From Gammaproteobacteria bacterium (GTDB taxonomy: Bacteria > Pseudomonadota > Gammaproteobacteria > Steroidobacterales > Steroidobacteraceae): a stretch of 52,167 bases of DNA. The DNA lies in the NCBI GenBank assembly GCA_043742845.1, contig JAYTXS010000372.1, positions 1 through 52,167 of the forward strand. Direction: 5' to 3'. The notes beneath the pieces were generated by a model. It was given only the letters and a program-made list of their open reading frames with translations, ran no database searches and was not told the DNA's origin. The position numbers were made by a program, and so were the translations under genes. Each line of letters opens with the position of its first letter. Within the stretch, counting starts at the first letter, position 1. This document shows positions 26,062 through 34,536 of this stretch, one piece after another.

Positions 26062-26091
26062 AGTATCGCCTTACCGGGCGAGCAGCGTCAA
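26062..26091 (-). promoter_or_regulatory. Candidate sigma-70 promoter of the trp operon
   Basis: TTGACG (26086-26091), 18 nt, GATACT (26062-26067) on the minus strand, immediately after the stop of the upstream 114-aa ORF. Confidence 0.5.
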
Positions 26092-26102
26092 GCGCCGGCG
26101 GT

Positions 26103-26447
26103 TCAGCCGGCCGCCGACAGTTTTTTCTTGAATTTGCGGGTCAAATCGACAAAACGCGGGGTCAGGCCGACGTCCTCGTACACGGGATCGCCCTGATCGT
26201 CACGCGAAATGACCTTCGGGCCGCGCTCGTAGGGCATGGCGGCGGCGATTTCGTCCAGGCCGGCTCGCAGCAGATCGGTAATGAGGACTTCGATGGACTG
26301 CCCTGGAAACAGTTCAGCCAAGGCCTGCAGCCGCGCGGCATCATCCAGCTCGAGACGGATCGGGTATTCCTTGGCCGTTCGCACCGGCACCGGATCTTTC
26401 TTCCAACGATCGAGCAAGGGCTTGAATTTCACATCTACTCCCGCCAT
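26103..26447 (-). CDS. Hypothetical protein (114 aa, soluble, charged)
   Basis: ORF with coding-like composition. No motif I can assign. Ends 11 nt before the predicted trp promoter. Confidence 0.55.
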   Translation of the reverse strand: MAGVDVKFKPLLDRWKKDPVPVRTAKEYPIRLELDDAARLQALAELFPGQSIEVLITDLLRAGLDEIAAAMPYERGPKVISRDDQGDPVYEDVGLTPRFVDLTRKFKKKLSAAG

Positions 26448-26477
26448 ACCTGATTTTTGCCATTATAGACCGCAAGC

Positions 26478-28355
26478 ATGCCTCGTCCTTCACCCCATAT
26501 CGTGGAATCACCGCACGGTCCGGCGACTGCGGCCGCCGACTCCGGCGGACTGCAGCGCAGCTGGCTCGGCGTTTTTACCTATAGCCGGCGCGCACTGCTG
26601 TTGGTGTGGAGCACCAACAAGGCGCTCAGCATCACACTCGCCGTCCTGACGATCATCGCCGGCGTGCTGCCCGCGGGAGTCGCCTACGTCGGCGCGCAAA
26701 TCGTCGATGCCGTCATTCATGCGACTGATTTGCATCGACAGACGGGTACGGGGCAGTTCAGCCATGTCATGAAATTCGTCGCGCTGGAAGCCGTGCTCAT
26801 CACCGCCATGTCCATGGCGCAACGCGGCCTCTCACTCGCCCAATCCTTGCTGCGTGCCCAGCTGGGTCAGCGTGTCAACGTCATGATCTTGGAAAAAGCG
26901 CTGACGTTGGAACTGACGCAGTTCGAAGATTCGGAGTTCTACGACAAGTTGACCCGCGCGCGCCGCGAAGCCTCCAGCCGCCCCTTGAGTCTGGTGATGC
27001 GCACTTTCGGTCTCTTGCAAAATGCCATCTCGCTGCTGTCCTTCGGTGGCCTGCTCATACACTTCTCACCCTGGGCGGTGGTGCTGTTGATCCTGGCCGG
27101 GCTGCCCGCTTTTCTCGCGGAAGCGAAATTCTCGGGTGAGGCGTTTCGCCTGTTCCGCTGGCGCGCTCCCGAGGCGCGCATGCAAATCTATTTGGAATCC
27201 GTGCTGGCGCGCGAAGACAGCGCCAAAGAAGTCAAATTATTCGAATTGGGACCGCGTTTGCTGGACCGCTACCGCGACATATTTACCCGACTCTACCGCG
27301 AGGATCGCGACCTGACTCTGCGCCGCGACGGCTGGGGCTTTGGCTTAGGATTGCTGGGCACCGCGACGCTCTACGGCGGCTACGCATGGATCGCTGCCGA
27401 AACCGTGCTCGGCGCCATGACCGTGGGCCAGATGACCATGTACCTGATGCTGTTCCGCCAGGGCCAGGCGGCAGTCAGTGCCGCGCTGTCGGCGGTCAGC
27501 GGCCTGTACGAAGACAACCTATACCTGTCGAATCTCTACGAATACCTGGAGCAGCCTACCGGCCGCAGCAGCGGCCGCACCACGCACGGTCCGAACCCCG
27601 GCGACGGCATTCGCTTCGAGAACGTCGAGTTCGTTTATCCGGGTGCCACCGCAGCGGCGCTATCGGGCATCGATTTGCACGTTCGGCCGGGCGAGAGCCT
27701 GGCGCTGGTCGGGCAAAACGGCTCCGGCAAGACCACCTTGATCAAGCTGCTGACTCGTCTGTACCAGCCGACCCAGGGGCGCATTCTGCTGGATGGCTTG
27801 GACCTCAAGGATTGGGATGAAACCACTCTACGGCAGCGCATCGGCGTCATCTTCCAGGACTTTGCCCGATACCAAATGCTGGTCGGCGAGAATATCGGCG
27901 CGGGAGATGTGCGCGCCTTCGACGACGAGGCGCGCTGGCGCGCCGCCGCGGTGCAGGGTCTGGCGGCGGAGTTCGTCGATACGCTGCCGGCGGGATACCA
28001 CACTCAGCTCGGTAAGTGGTTCAAGGACGGCCGCGAGCTCTCGGGCGGGCAATGGCAGAAGATCGCGTTGGCACGCGCCTTCATGCGCAACGAGGCGGAC
28101 ATCCTGGTGCTCGACGAGCCCACCGCCGCCATCGATGCAGGAGCCGAAGCGGAGGTTTTCGAGCACTTTCGCGAGCTCACCCGCCATCGCATCGCCATCG
28201 TCATTTCGCATCGTTTCTCCACCGTACGCATGACCGACCAAATACTGGTGCTCGAGGAAGGCCGCATCGTAGAGCACGGCAGCCACGAATCCCTGATGGC
28301 GGCCGACGGCCGCTATGCGAAGCTATTTACCCTGCAGGCACGCGGGTATCGTTAG
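26478..28355 (+). CDS. ABC exporter, fused permease/ATPase (MsbA-like type I exporter)
   Basis: N-terminal six-helix TMD. NBD with Walker A GQNGSGKTT, Q-loop, signature LSGGQWQK, Walker B ILVLDEP, and H-loop ISHR. Start is uncertain: only 30 nt of intergenic space and no SD. Confidence 0.88.
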   Translation: MPRPSPHIVESPHGPATAAADSGGLQRSWLGVFTYSRRALLLVWSTNKALSITLAVLTIIAGVLPAGVAYVGAQIVDAVIHATDLHRQTGTGQFSHVMKFVALEAVLITAMSMAQRGLSLAQSLLRAQLGQRVNVMILEKALTLELTQFEDSEFYDKLTRARREASSRPLSLVMRTFGLLQNAISLLSFGGLLIHFSPWAVVLLILAGLPAFLAEAKFSGEAFRLFRWRAPEARMQIYLESVLAREDSAKEVKLFELGPRLLDRYRDIFTRLYREDRDLTLRRDGWGFGLGLLGTATLYGGYAWIAAETVLGAMTVGQMTMYLMLFRQGQAAVSAALSAVSGLYEDNLYLSNLYEYLEQPTGRSSGRTTHGPNPGDGIRFENVEFVYPGATAAALSGIDLHVRPGESLALVGQNGSGKTTLIKLLTRLYQPTQGRILLDGLDLKDWDETTLRQRIGVIFQDFARYQMLVGENIGAGDVRAFDDEARWRAAAVQGLAAEFVDTLPAGYHTQLGKWFKDGRELSGGQWQKIALARAFMRNEADILVLDEPTAAIDAGAEAEVFEHFRELTRHRIAIVISHRFSTVRMTDQILVLEEGRIVEHGSHESLMAADGRYAKLFTLQARGYR

Positions 28356-28401
28356 AGCGTTCGGGGTATCGTGCTACTCATGACACCAACGACACCCCGC
28401 T

Positions 28402-29391
28402 TTGGCCGCACTATCGGTGCCCTTCTGCTGGGTGCGCTTGCGCTTCGGATTGGCACCGGCCTTAATGCCTGTCACCCGCGGTCCGCCGCAGGGCGATGCC
28501 GCTCCCGCCGTCCACATGGGGACCTATCGCGCCGTCCTGCCGCTTCCCGGCGGCGAGCTGCCGTTCGGCCTCGAGCTCGCGGCCAACGGCACCAAGACCG
28601 TCGGCTACTTGCTGAACGGCAAGGAACGGGTGCCGCTGAACGAGGTCACCCTATCCGGGGCGCACCTGGAAATTCGCATGCCCGGCTATGAAAACCGGCT
28701 GACGGCCGACACCAACGGCGATCAGCTCATGGGTGAAGTCGTGCTATCCAAGCCGGGCGGCAAGCAGCAGCACATCGCGCTGCACGCCCAGCGCGGTCAG
28801 GAATTTCGTTTCTTCGAGAAGGCCCTCGCCGATAACGCCGACCTGTCAGGCCGCTGGGCGGTCAAGTTCACCGACGACGACGGCAAGCCGGAATTGGCCG
28901 TCGGAGAATTTGCCCAGTCCCATGACGTGATCACCGGTACATTCTTGGCGCAGACCGGCGATCATCGCTATCTTGCCGGCCAGGTGCAGGGAGACGAACT
29001 CTACCTCTCCACGTTCGATGGTGCGCATGCCTTCTTGTACAAAGCCAAGGTCGAGGCCGACGGGACACGGACAGGCGATTTCTGGGTGGGAACCGCCTTT
29101 CACGAGCACTTTACCGGCAAGACAGTCAGCTCCAAGGATCCTGAATTCAAAGGCAAGGTGATGATCGTCGCGCTGGCCGGCAGCGGGTGCCCCAATTGTC
29201 ATGACGATGCCGCCAAGAAACTGCCCATGCTGGATCGCGTCTACGCCTTTCCCACCACCCTATTCGTCGATAAGAAGGGCATGTTGCGCAAGATCCACAC
29301 CGGCTTTTCAGGCCCCGCCACCGGCGATCACTACACCGATTTCGTGGCCGAGGTGAAGGCCACCTTGGACCAGCTGCTAGCGGAGACTTAA
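28402..29391 (+). CDS. TlpA-like thioredoxin-fold protein with N-terminal beta-rich domain; probably frameshifted at the signal peptide and internally shortened (possible pseudogene)
   Basis: CPNC motif and AFPTTLFVD cis-Pro region are only about 20 residues apart. A lipoprotein-type signal peptide (MTPTTPRFGRTIGALLLGALALRIGTGLNAC, from ATG 28380) lies in a different frame upstream. Confidence 0.6.
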   Translation: MAALSVPFCWVRLRFGLAPALMPVTRGPPQGDAAPAVHMGTYRAVLPLPGGELPFGLELAANGTKTVGYLLNGKERVPLNEVTLSGAHLEIRMPGYENRLTADTNGDQLMGEVVLSKPGGKQQHIALHAQRGQEFRFFEKALADNADLSGRWAVKFTDDDGKPELAVGEFAQSHDVITGTFLAQTGDHRYLAGQVQGDELYLSTFDGAHAFLYKAKVEADGTRTGDFWVGTAFHEHFTGKTVSSKDPEFKGKVMIVALAGSGCPNCHDDAAKKLPMLDRVYAFPTTLFVDKKGMLRKIHTGFSGPATGDHYTDFVAEVKATLDQLLAET

Positions 29392-29392
29392 A

Positions 29393-29875
29393 ATGCCCTC
29401 CTTCGACGTCGTATCCGAAATCGACACGCATGAATTGACCAACGCCGTCGATCAAGCCACCCGCGAGCTAGGCCAGCGTTTCGATTTCAAGGGAACGGAC
29501 GCGCGCTTCGAACTCGAAGAAACGACCGTGACCATGATTGCGCCCGCCGACTTTCAGTTGAAACAAATGCTGGAAATCTTGAAACTCAGAATTGCCAAAC
29601 GGGGCATCGATGTGGCCTGTCTCGACGTGCAAGATCCGGAGATCAATCTCGCCAGGGCCAAACAGCTCGCAATCCTGAAGCACGGCATCGACGCCGATGC
29701 GGGCAGGAAGGTATCGCGCCTGATCAAGGACTCCAAGCTCAAGGTTCAGGCGCAAATCCAGGGTGAAAAGGTTCGCATCATCGGCAAGAAGCGTGACGAC
29801 CTGCAGGAAGCCATCGCCTTCCTGCGCAAAGCCGACGTCGGCGTGCCGTTGCAGTTCAACAATTTCCGCGACTGA
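29393..29875 (+). CDS. yajQ: YajQ-family nucleotide/c-di-GMP-binding protein (UPF0234)
   Basis: MPSFDVVSEIDTHELTNAVDQATRELGQRFDFKG is near-canonical YajQ. 160 aa. Confidence 0.9.
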   Translation: MPSFDVVSEIDTHELTNAVDQATRELGQRFDFKGTDARFELEETTVTMIAPADFQLKQMLEILKLRIAKRGIDVACLDVQDPEINLARAKQLAILKHGIDADAGRKVSRLIKDSKLKVQAQIQGEKVRIIGKKRDDLQEAIAFLRKADVGVPLQFNNFRD

Positions 29876-29929
29876 ACCACTCGCTCCCGGTCGTGCGCCC
29901 GCGTCCTAATAATCGCGTCACAGCACCCG

Positions 29930-30877
29930 TCAGGCTAATGTCGTGTCATGCACTGCGAGTGAACTTGGGTGCTTCACCACGGACACGCTGGTCACTCCCA
30001 GCATGGCCGCCAACTGATCGCCGGGCACCTTCAATGGTCCGGGCCCAGCCCCCACCCCTGCCACGGGTTGCGGGTAGGCGGTCGACCGCGCCGTATGAAA
30101 AGTGACATTCCCCTCGACCTTCTGCACGATTTGATGAATATGGCCGTTCAGTACGGTCACTGAGCCAAAGCGGCGCAGGCGCTCGATGAGCAGCTCAGCG
30201 TCGGAGGTCCCCCAACCCCAGGGCTCGTATATCGTCCACAGCGGCATGTGTGCAAACACGACGATGGGCGTGCTCGAGGAGCGGCCCTTCAAATCGGCCT
30301 CCACCCACGCCAGCTGATCCGCCCCCAGGGTGCCGAGGCCGCCCGCCTTGAACTCGAGCACATTGATGAGCCCGATGAAATGCACGCCGCCATGATCGAA
30401 GCTGTAATACCCCTTGTTGTCGGATGCCTTGCCGAATCGATTGAAGTACTCCGAGACCGTGGCATCGGTGGTGTCATGTTCACCCGGTACCGTATGCAGC
30501 TCCGTGGCGCGCAATCGCGCAAGCAGCTGCTGCGCCGTATCGAACTGCGCCGGCTTCGAAAGATGCGTGATGTCCCCCGTATGGATGATGAGCGCCGGCT
30601 GCTCCGCCATGCCGTTCACGAGATCGATGGTCTGCGTCAGCGTCCCATTGACGTCGGGATTCGCGTCCTTGTTGAAACCGATGTGCGTGTCGCTGATCTG
30701 GACGAACAGCGGCTTGCCCAAGTGGGCCACGCCCTGTTTGTTCGTTGCCGCCATTGCCAGATCGATCGGCGTAAAGACACCGCCCGACAGGGCGAAAAGC
30801 GTGCCGGCGCCGCCATAGGCCAGACATTTCAGGGCATTTCGACGCGACTGCAGCGATTGGTCATCCGGCACGTTCAT
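29930..30877 (-). CDS. Tat-exported metallophosphoesterase (calcineurin-like)
   Basis: Twin-arginine signal SRRNALKCLAYGGAG. Phosphoesterase motifs ISDTHIG, HTGDITH, PGEHD, FAHMP and NGHIH. Confidence 0.85.
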   Translation of the reverse strand: MNVPDDQSLQSRRNALKCLAYGGAGTLFALSGGVFTPIDLAMAATNKQGVAHLGKPLFVQISDTHIGFNKDANPDVNGTLTQTIDLVNGMAEQPALIIHTGDITHLSKPAQFDTAQQLLARLRATELHTVPGEHDTTDATVSEYFNRFGKASDNKGYYSFDHGGVHFIGLINVLEFKAGGLGTLGADQLAWVEADLKGRSSSTPIVVFAHMPLWTIYEPWGWGTSDAELLIERLRRFGSVTVLNGHIHQIVQKVEGNVTFHTARSTAYPQPVAGVGAGPGPLKVPGDQLAAMLGVTSVSVVKHPSSLAVHDTTLA

Positions 30878-30921
30878 CTCCTTAGTTGAGTACAGGAGAG
30901 AAGACTTCGGACGGAGGCGTT

Positions 30922-31749
30922 TTATTCCACGCTGTCGCGTGCGCCGAGATCTTGCAGTAGCCGGACCAGCCCGAGGAGTTCGTCGCGGCCGGTATCGGAA
31001 ACGGCGCAGTACCTAAGATCCCCCGTCGCCCAAGAGATAAAATGATAACCGTTGCGCGTCACGTTGGACGGTAACGAACGGCCCTCGCCGGACCAACTGA
31101 AGACATTGATCACATGCGAGCCATGCTGGTACACCAGCACCGCCGCGCGTTGGTGATTCAGGTAGTCCGCTCGCCCGCCGATGAGCTTGTAACCCTGCGG
31201 CTCGAAATCGGCCACCGCCGGTGATACATCCGCATGGCCCGCAAACCACGGTTTCACCGTGTGCTTGTCGGTGGACACCACGTCGATGAGATGGGCCGGC
31301 ATCAGAGAACGCTCATGCGCGTTCACCAACTCGTCGAGCAAGGGATTGGAGAACCGCGGCACCCACAGGAAAAACGCCAGGGCTGCGGCAATGGCCGTAC
31401 CCCCCGCACCGCCCAAGACGCCCGCCCAAAAGGACCGAGGGCGCCGGGCCGGCCAATTGCGCGCGCTCGGTCGCGCGCTAACGCCGCTTACTGCATGGCT
31501 CTCACCGCACTGCGACACATCAGCGCCCGCCTCTTCATTCAGCGCCCGCAGGATATTGGCGCGCAGCGCCGCCGGAGCATGCACATAGGCCGACTCCCGG
31601 CGCAGCATGCCGCGTACCTCTTCCAGGTCCTTGATGAGAGCGCTGCATTCGGCGCAATGGTCGATATGCCTCTCGATATCCGCGGCCGACACCGCGTCGA
31701 CTTCGCCGTCGAAATAAGCCTGCACACGCAGCGATTCAGCGCACTGCAT
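30922..31749 (-). CDS. Anti-sigma factor (zf-HC2 N-terminal domain, one TM helix, periplasmic C-terminal domain)
   Basis: N-terminal H-x3-C-x2-C (HIDHCAECS). Central TM helix (FWAGVLGGAGGTAIAAALAFFLW). Overlaps the ECF sigma gene by 14 nt. Confidence 0.8.
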   Translation of the reverse strand: MQCAESLRVQAYFDGEVDAVSAADIERHIDHCAECSALIKDLEEVRGMLRRESAYVHAPAALRANILRALNEEAGADVSQCGESHAVSGVSARPSARNWPARRPRSFWAGVLGGAGGTAIAAALAFFLWVPRFSNPLLDELVNAHERSLMPAHLIDVVSTDKHTVKPWFAGHADVSPAVADFEPQGYKLIGGRADYLNHQRAAVLVYQHGSHVINVFSWSGEGRSLPSNVTRNGYHFISWATGDLRYCAVSDTGRDELLGLVRLLQDLGARDSVE

Positions 31750-32281
31750 GCGGCACCGCCTCGGCTTCCTGCAGCCATTTCGCCTTCAGCGCGGCGCGCG
31801 AGCGCGCCAGGCGCGACATCACCGTGCCGATGGGCACATTCGTGACTTCCGCTATCTGGCGATAATCCATTTCCTCGATCTCCCGTAGCATCAGCACCGT
31901 GCGATGCTCCTCCGGCAATCCCGCGATCAGGCGGTCGAGAGTGCGCTGTTCGTCGCGGCGGATCGAGGCATCCTCCGGAGTCGGAGTCGTCGCAGTCATG
32001 GCATAGGCGTCCTGTGCATTGTTTTCTTCCGGCAGCGGCACGAAGCCCCGCCGCTGCCGCTGCTTCAGCGCTGTCGCATGGCAATTCCTCACGATCGCCA
32101 TCAGCCACGCCTTCACATCCGAACCTCGCAGGGTGTCAAACGACCGGAAAGCGCGCAGCACCGCCTCTTGCACGACGTCGTCTGCATCGCAGGGCGCAGG
32201 CGACAGCCATCTGGCGAACCTATAGACGGCGTCCAAATGCGGCAATACCTGCGCCTCGAACCGGGCGCGTTTCTCATCCAT
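31736..32281 (-). CDS. ECF (group IV) RNA polymerase sigma factor
   Basis: Region 2 (VYRFARWL..DADDVVQEAVLRAF) and region 4 (LPEEHRTVLMLREIEEMDYRQIAEVTNVPIGTVMSRLARSR). Confidence 0.9.
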   Translation of the reverse strand: MDEKRARFEAQVLPHLDAVYRFARWLSPAPCDADDVVQEAVLRAFRSFDTLRGSDVKAWLMAIVRNCHATALKQRQRRGFVPLPEENNAQDAYAMTATTPTPEDASIRRDEQRTLDRLIAGLPEEHRTVLMLREIEEMDYRQIAEVTNVPIGTVMSRLARSRAALKAKWLQEAEAVPHAVR

Positions 32282-32350
32282 GACAACTAAGATCCATAGT
32301 GGTTAAGACTCATGACAGCGCTACTTTATTCCCAGCGAGCCCGTGTCCGT

Positions 32351-32836
32351 TTACAAAAGCAGATGGTCTTTGATCGGCACGAACTTATCCGCGGCCCGAA
32401 TGAGGGATGCGGCGGAGAGCTCCGCCACGCCGTACACCTCGACCGCGACCCGGTGCTTATCGCGGATTTTCTGCACCAGCAGATCGAAGTCGCCGTCGCC
32501 CGAGGCCAGCACAACGACGTCCACCAGCGGCGCATATTCAAGCACGTCCAAGGTGATGCCCACATCCCAATCGCCCTTGGCGGAGCCGTCGCGCCTCTGG
32601 ATGAAGGGCCGCAGCTTTACGTCGAACCCGATGGCGCGCAGGATATTTTGAAACTGTCCTTGCTTCTCATCGCCTCGATCAATGGCGAACGCGATCGCCT
32701 TCACCACCCGTCTATCGCGGGTGACTTCGGCCCAGAAACTGTTGTAGTCGAAATGACGTGAGAAGCACTGCCGCGTCGTGTAATAGATATTTTGCACGTC
32801 GACGAAGACGGCCACGGTTTGGGCGGGTTTCATCAC
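32351..32836 (-). CDS. NYN-domain (LabA/DUF88-like) predicted ribonuclease
   Basis: VAVFVDVQNIYY, GDWDVGITLDVL and VVLASGDGDFDLLV acidic motifs of the NYN/PIN-like fold. GTG 32836 or ATG 32833 lies directly after the apbE TAG. Confidence 0.85.
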   Translation of the reverse strand: MMKPAQTVAVFVDVQNIYYTTRQCFSRHFDYNSFWAEVTRDRRVVKAIAFAIDRGDEKQGQFQNILRAIGFDVKLRPFIQRRDGSAKGDWDVGITLDVLEYAPLVDVVVLASGDGDFDLLVQKIRDKHRVAVEVYGVAELSAASLIRAADKFVPIKDHLLL

Positions 32837-33844
32837 CTACTTCACCGTCGCCGCTCCATGGGCAGGCTCAATCCCCTTGGAATAAATCACTGTGCCATCG
32901 AGTTTCACGATGATGGCATCGATGTCGTCGATGCGGTTGTAGATCTCCATCGCCTTCTCCGGACCCAGCACAAACGCCGTCTTGGACAGGCCATCGGTGC
33001 GCGTAGCATAAGGCCCGATGACCGTGGCGCTGCGCACTTTGCTGGCGGAGTGGCCGGTGTGCGGATCGATGATGTGGTGATAACGCACCCCATCCTCTTC
33101 GAAAAACCGTTCGTAATCCCCCGAGGTTGATATCGCGGCGTCAACCAACGGTATCCTCGTAATGACTTCACCCTCGCCCTTGCGAGGATCACGAATGCCC
33201 ACCATCCATGGCTTTCCGAATCGATCCCCGACGATGCGGCTGTCGCCCCCTGCCGATACGTACATGCGCGTGAATCCCCGCGATTTCAACACATCGATGC
33301 CCCGGTCCACCGAGTAGCCTTTGGCAATGCCGCCCAGATCGATGCGCACACCCTTCTGCGAGAATTGCACCGTCTGCTTCTTTGGATCGAGCAACACGTG
33401 GCGAAAGTTCACCGCCGGCAGCGCCTTGTCGATTTGCGCTTCATTCGGGCGCACATGTTTGCGAAAGTCGTACATATACCCGACGCTGGCGTAGGTAATG
33501 TCGAAAGCGCCGTCGGTGATCACCGAGTACTCCTTGGCAGTGACCAGCAAATCGAACAGCTCCTTGCTGATGTGCATAGGACCGTCGGCAGCCTTTGCGT
33601 TGACCTGGGACACCTCGCTGGTCGGCTTGTAAGTGCTCATCGAATCATCGACGTGGCGCATTTCATCGAGCAGCGCGTCGATGGCCTGCTCTGCCTTGTC
33701 CTTATCATCCGCCCACAGTTCCACCGTGATCTGCGTGCCCATGATGCCGTCGGTGATGCGTTTCACCCAGTCCGCATGCGCCGGCGCCGCCAGCGACAAC
33801 AGCGCACCCAGCAACAAGGTTTTCTTCGTCATCTCGGCATTCAT
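32837..33844 (-). CDS. apbE: FAD:protein FMN transferase ApbE (secreted)
   Basis: Signal peptide MNAEMTKKTLLLGALLSLAAPAHA. Motifs GAFDIT, IDLGGIAKGY, AISTSGDYERFF and HHIIDPHTG. ATG 33844. The longer ORF overlaps the rhomboid gene. Confidence 0.88.
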   Translation of the reverse strand: MNAEMTKKTLLLGALLSLAAPAHADWVKRITDGIMGTQITVELWADDKDKAEQAIDALLDEMRHVDDSMSTYKPTSEVSQVNAKAADGPMHISKELFDLLVTAKEYSVITDGAFDITYASVGYMYDFRKHVRPNEAQIDKALPAVNFRHVLLDPKKQTVQFSQKGVRIDLGGIAKGYSVDRGIDVLKSRGFTRMYVSAGGDSRIVGDRFGKPWMVGIRDPRKGEGEVITRIPLVDAAISTSGDYERFFEEDGVRYHHIIDPHTGHSASKVRSATVIGPYATRTDGLSKTAFVLGPEKAMEIYNRIDDIDAIIVKLDGTVIYSKGIEPAHGAATVK

Positions 33845-33879
33845 GGATCTGGCCTCTCTGCAAAAGCGCGGCGTTGTAC

Positions 33880-34494
33880 TCAGGCGCGGGCGAGCGGACG
33901 CCGCCACTGACTGATAACCAGCGCGCTGCCCACCATGCCGCCCAAATGGGCGAAGTGCGCAACCCCTGCCTGAGCATTGGTGACGCCCATGAACAGCTCG
34001 AGCCCCGCATAAAGCGTAGCGAACAACCAAGTTGGCATGGGGATCAAGAAATAGACCGCGACCTTGCGCTTCGGAAACATGACGGCATAGGCCAGGATCA
34101 AGCCGAAGACGCCGCCCGATGCGCCAATGGTCGGGCCCGGCGAAGCGCCGAACAGCATGGGCACGAACAGCTGGGTCAGCGCCGCCGTCACCACCGACGC
34201 GAAATAGCAGGCCAGCAGGCGGCGCGGCCCCTCATAGCGCTCGATTTCAGTGCCGAACATCCACAGACCTATCATGTTGAACAGCAGATGCGTGATGCCC
34301 GTGGTGTCGTGCAGGAAGGCGTAAGTCACTATCTGCCAGAAGTGAAAATACGACTGGCCGCCGATCGGGTGCAGCGGCCATAGTGCAAACCATACCTCGA
34401 GTGCGCCCAGCGATCCCGGCGCACCCGACAAGTACTGAAACGCAAACACTACGACGTTCGCGGCGATCAAAACCTTGACTGCTGAAAATTTCAT
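33880..34494 (-). CDS. Rhomboid-family intramembrane serine protease
   Basis: Six TM helices. HLLFNM, GASGGVFG (catalytic Ser) and AHLGGMVGG-like catalytic His motif (AHLGGMVGSA). Confidence 0.88.
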   Translation of the reverse strand: MKFSAVKVLIAANVVVFAFQYLSGAPGSLGALEVWFALWPLHPIGGQSYFHFWQIVTYAFLHDTTGITHLLFNMIGLWMFGTEIERYEGPRRLLACYFASVVTAALTQLFVPMLFGASPGPTIGASGGVFGLILAYAVMFPKRKVAVYFLIPMPTWLFATLYAGLELFMGVTNAQAGVAHFAHLGGMVGSALVISQWRRPLARA

Positions 34495-34536
34495 ATACTT
34501 AGCTTCATTCTAACCCGCCACGAAAACGAATCCTCA

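Noticed and set aside
28451-28466. TGGCAC-N5-TTAAT, reminiscent of a sigma-54 -24/-12 promoter
   Set aside because: It lies inside the signal-peptide coding region. The -12 element (TTAAT vs TTGCW) is poor, and no downstream gene start is positioned to use it.
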